DNA of 28,824 nt. Origin: an uncultured delta proteobacterium (lineage in GTDB: Bacteria; Desulfobacterota; Binatia; UBA9968). The stretch spans positions 1 through 28,824 of the forward strand of contig CAWJZV010000029.1 in NCBI GenBank assembly GCA_963847445.1, in the 5' to 3' direction. Position 1 is the first letter of the stretch. Each line of letters begins with the position of its first letter. The notes beneath the pieces were generated by a model. The model was not told the DNA's origin. It saw nothing but the letters and a program-made list of their open reading frames with translations, and made no database searches. The position numbers were made by a program, and so were the translations under genes. Below are positions 27,565-28,824 of this stretch, piece by piece.

Positions 27565-27646
27565 CGGCACGAAGCGAAGAAGGGTTATTCAGGGCAAGCG
27601 GCATTTTTTAATCTATTGTCTAACTATCCCATGCCCGGAGAGTAAG

Positions 27647-27897
27647 ATGAAGAGCTTGCGAACGAATACAGTTTCGAAGCCAGCCACCCGGTTTTTCAAG
27701 ATCTGTGCACGTCAAGACGACGAGACAAACGTTTGGCACTGCTTGGAGGTTCAATCCGACGATCGCATCGTCAAGCACGGGGAGTTTGTCGTGTCGTACA
27801 TATTGAAAGACGGCCACCTCTTTCTGTCGCTCATGGCGATGGCGGCATTTGGGAGTTCGCACCAATCGCGGAGGGAAAGGTAGCCGAAGCCGATTAG
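27647..27897 (+). pseudogene. META (HslJ-like) domain C-terminal remnant joined to an unidentified gene head
   Basis: GGAGAG RBS and ATG at 27647; DRIVKHGEFVVSYILKDGHLFLSLMA/DGGIWEFAP tail with a frameshift, stop at 27897; family assigned from motif recall. Confidence 0.55.
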
Positions 27898-27912
27898 GCC
27901 GATCCGGCCGCG

Positions 27913-27951
27913 AAAAAAAAGGGGCATCCTGCCCTTCGGCAGGATGCCCCT
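27913..27951 (-). terminator. Rho-independent terminator
   Basis: 13-bp GC stem GGGGCATCCTGCC/GGCAGGATGCCCC with a 4-nt loop, followed by T8 on the minus strand, just after the SBP stop. Confidence 0.9.
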
Positions 27952-27974
27952 GGAATATTCTCAGAGGAGTTTTG

Positions 27975-28824
27975 TTATTTGCTTTTGTACATCTTCTCGA
28001 AGAAACCCTCGTCGTCGAGTTTCTTGAGCCACGTCGGGTCGACGATGCGCTCGGCTTTGATCGATGCGACCTTGGGATTTTGCTCGGCGACGTATTTGAT
28101 GACGGTTCGGGTGCCCTCGACGGTCGGATAGGGTTTGCGATCGAGTTCCTCCAAGGCTTCAACGTAAAAGTCCTCGGCGGCTTCGACATTGGACAAGCGC
28201 AGGTTCTTGGCGAGCACTTCCTTGACCGCTTGCTTGTTTTCCTTGTTGAAAACGTACGCATAGCCTTCCACCATGGCCCGAGTGAAGTTCTCGAACAGCT
28301 TCGGATTGGCCGCCATCTGATCTCGGCGCGACGCAAGCACGGTGTTTTGGTAAGGGATCTTCGCCTGATTCATGTTGAGCAACTGGTGATATCCTTTGCC
28401 GATCATGGTTTTGGTGGCAAGCCGCTGCAGCATGGCGGCATCGAGTGCTTTTTGCTCCAGAGCAGCCATGCGTTCGGGGTCGAGGCCGGTTTGCATGAGA
28501 ATCACATTGTCGCGCTTGGCCTCGAGGCCGAGATGATCGAGCGCGATCAGGGCCGATACATGGGACGAGCCGCCGAAGCGCGCGGTGCCTAGTCGCTTGC
28601 CTCTGAGATCGGCCGCGGTCTTGATGTTGGTTTGAGTGATCAAGGCAAACGGAGAGGTATTGCTGACGCCGAGAAACATCGAGATATCGACGCCGTTGGC
28701 GATCAAGCTCAAAAGAGCGGCGGGCGCATTGGCGGCGACTTGGATTTCCCCGGCGGCCAACATCTGGCTCACTAGCGCGCCGCCCATGACGAAGATCAAT
28801 TGAACGTCGACGCCGTACTTGTCG
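27975..28824 (-). CDS. ABC-type substrate-binding protein, NMT1/SsuA-like (5' end beyond the window)
   Basis: Frame open to the edge (DKYGVDVQL); IKTAADLRGKRLGTARFGG, KPYPTVEG, IVDPTWLKKLDDEGF. Confidence 0.92.
   Translation of the reverse strand, partial: DKYGVDVQLIFVMGGALVSQMLAAGEIQVAANAPAALLSLIANGVDISMFLGVSNTSPFALITQTNIKTAADLRGKRLGTARFGGSSHVSALIALDHLGLEAKRDNVILMQTGLDPERMAALEQKALDAAMLQRLATKTMIGKGYHQLLNMNQAKIPYQNTVLASRRDQMAANPKLFENFTRAMVEGYAYVFNKENKQAVKEVLAKNLRLSNVEAAEDFYVEALEELDRKPYPTVEGTRTVIKYVAEQNPKVASIKAERIVDPTWLKKLDDEGFFEKMYKSK

Overview
Bacterial chromosomal window of moderate to high GC. The many orphan solute-binding proteins (SBPs) and the style of intergenic palindromes suggest Candidatus Binatia/Binatota or a related deltaproteobacteria-like lineage (inference). 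Contents: eight essentially intact SBP genes (five Fe/polyamine-type, two NMT1/SsuA-type, one Bug/TctC-type) with no permease or ATPase; a four-gene phosphorelay operon (MASE1-CHASE-PAS hybrid kinase, Hpt, broken receiver, Hpt-pseudoREC-REC); a CoA-transferase plus paired acyl-CoA dehydrogenase (ACAD) operon; PPOX, GST, DUF427, racemase-fold, MFS and gluconolactonase genes. Several genes carry single-base frameshifts that look like long-read errors. Signals the ORF track misses: (1) an AhpD/CMD-family gene with an in-frame TGA in a CxxU motif plus a SECIS-like hairpin, a probable selenoprotein (23217-23805); (2) repeated 'hollowed-out' genes in which a start region is joined to a C-terminal tail with the middle deleted; (3) two inverted copies of a ~100-nt structured element with compensatory base changes, one flanked by an 8-bp direct repeat; (4) a racemase/decarboxylase-fold protein lacking both catalytic cysteines. 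No rRNA, tRNA, CRISPR array or transposase was recognised.
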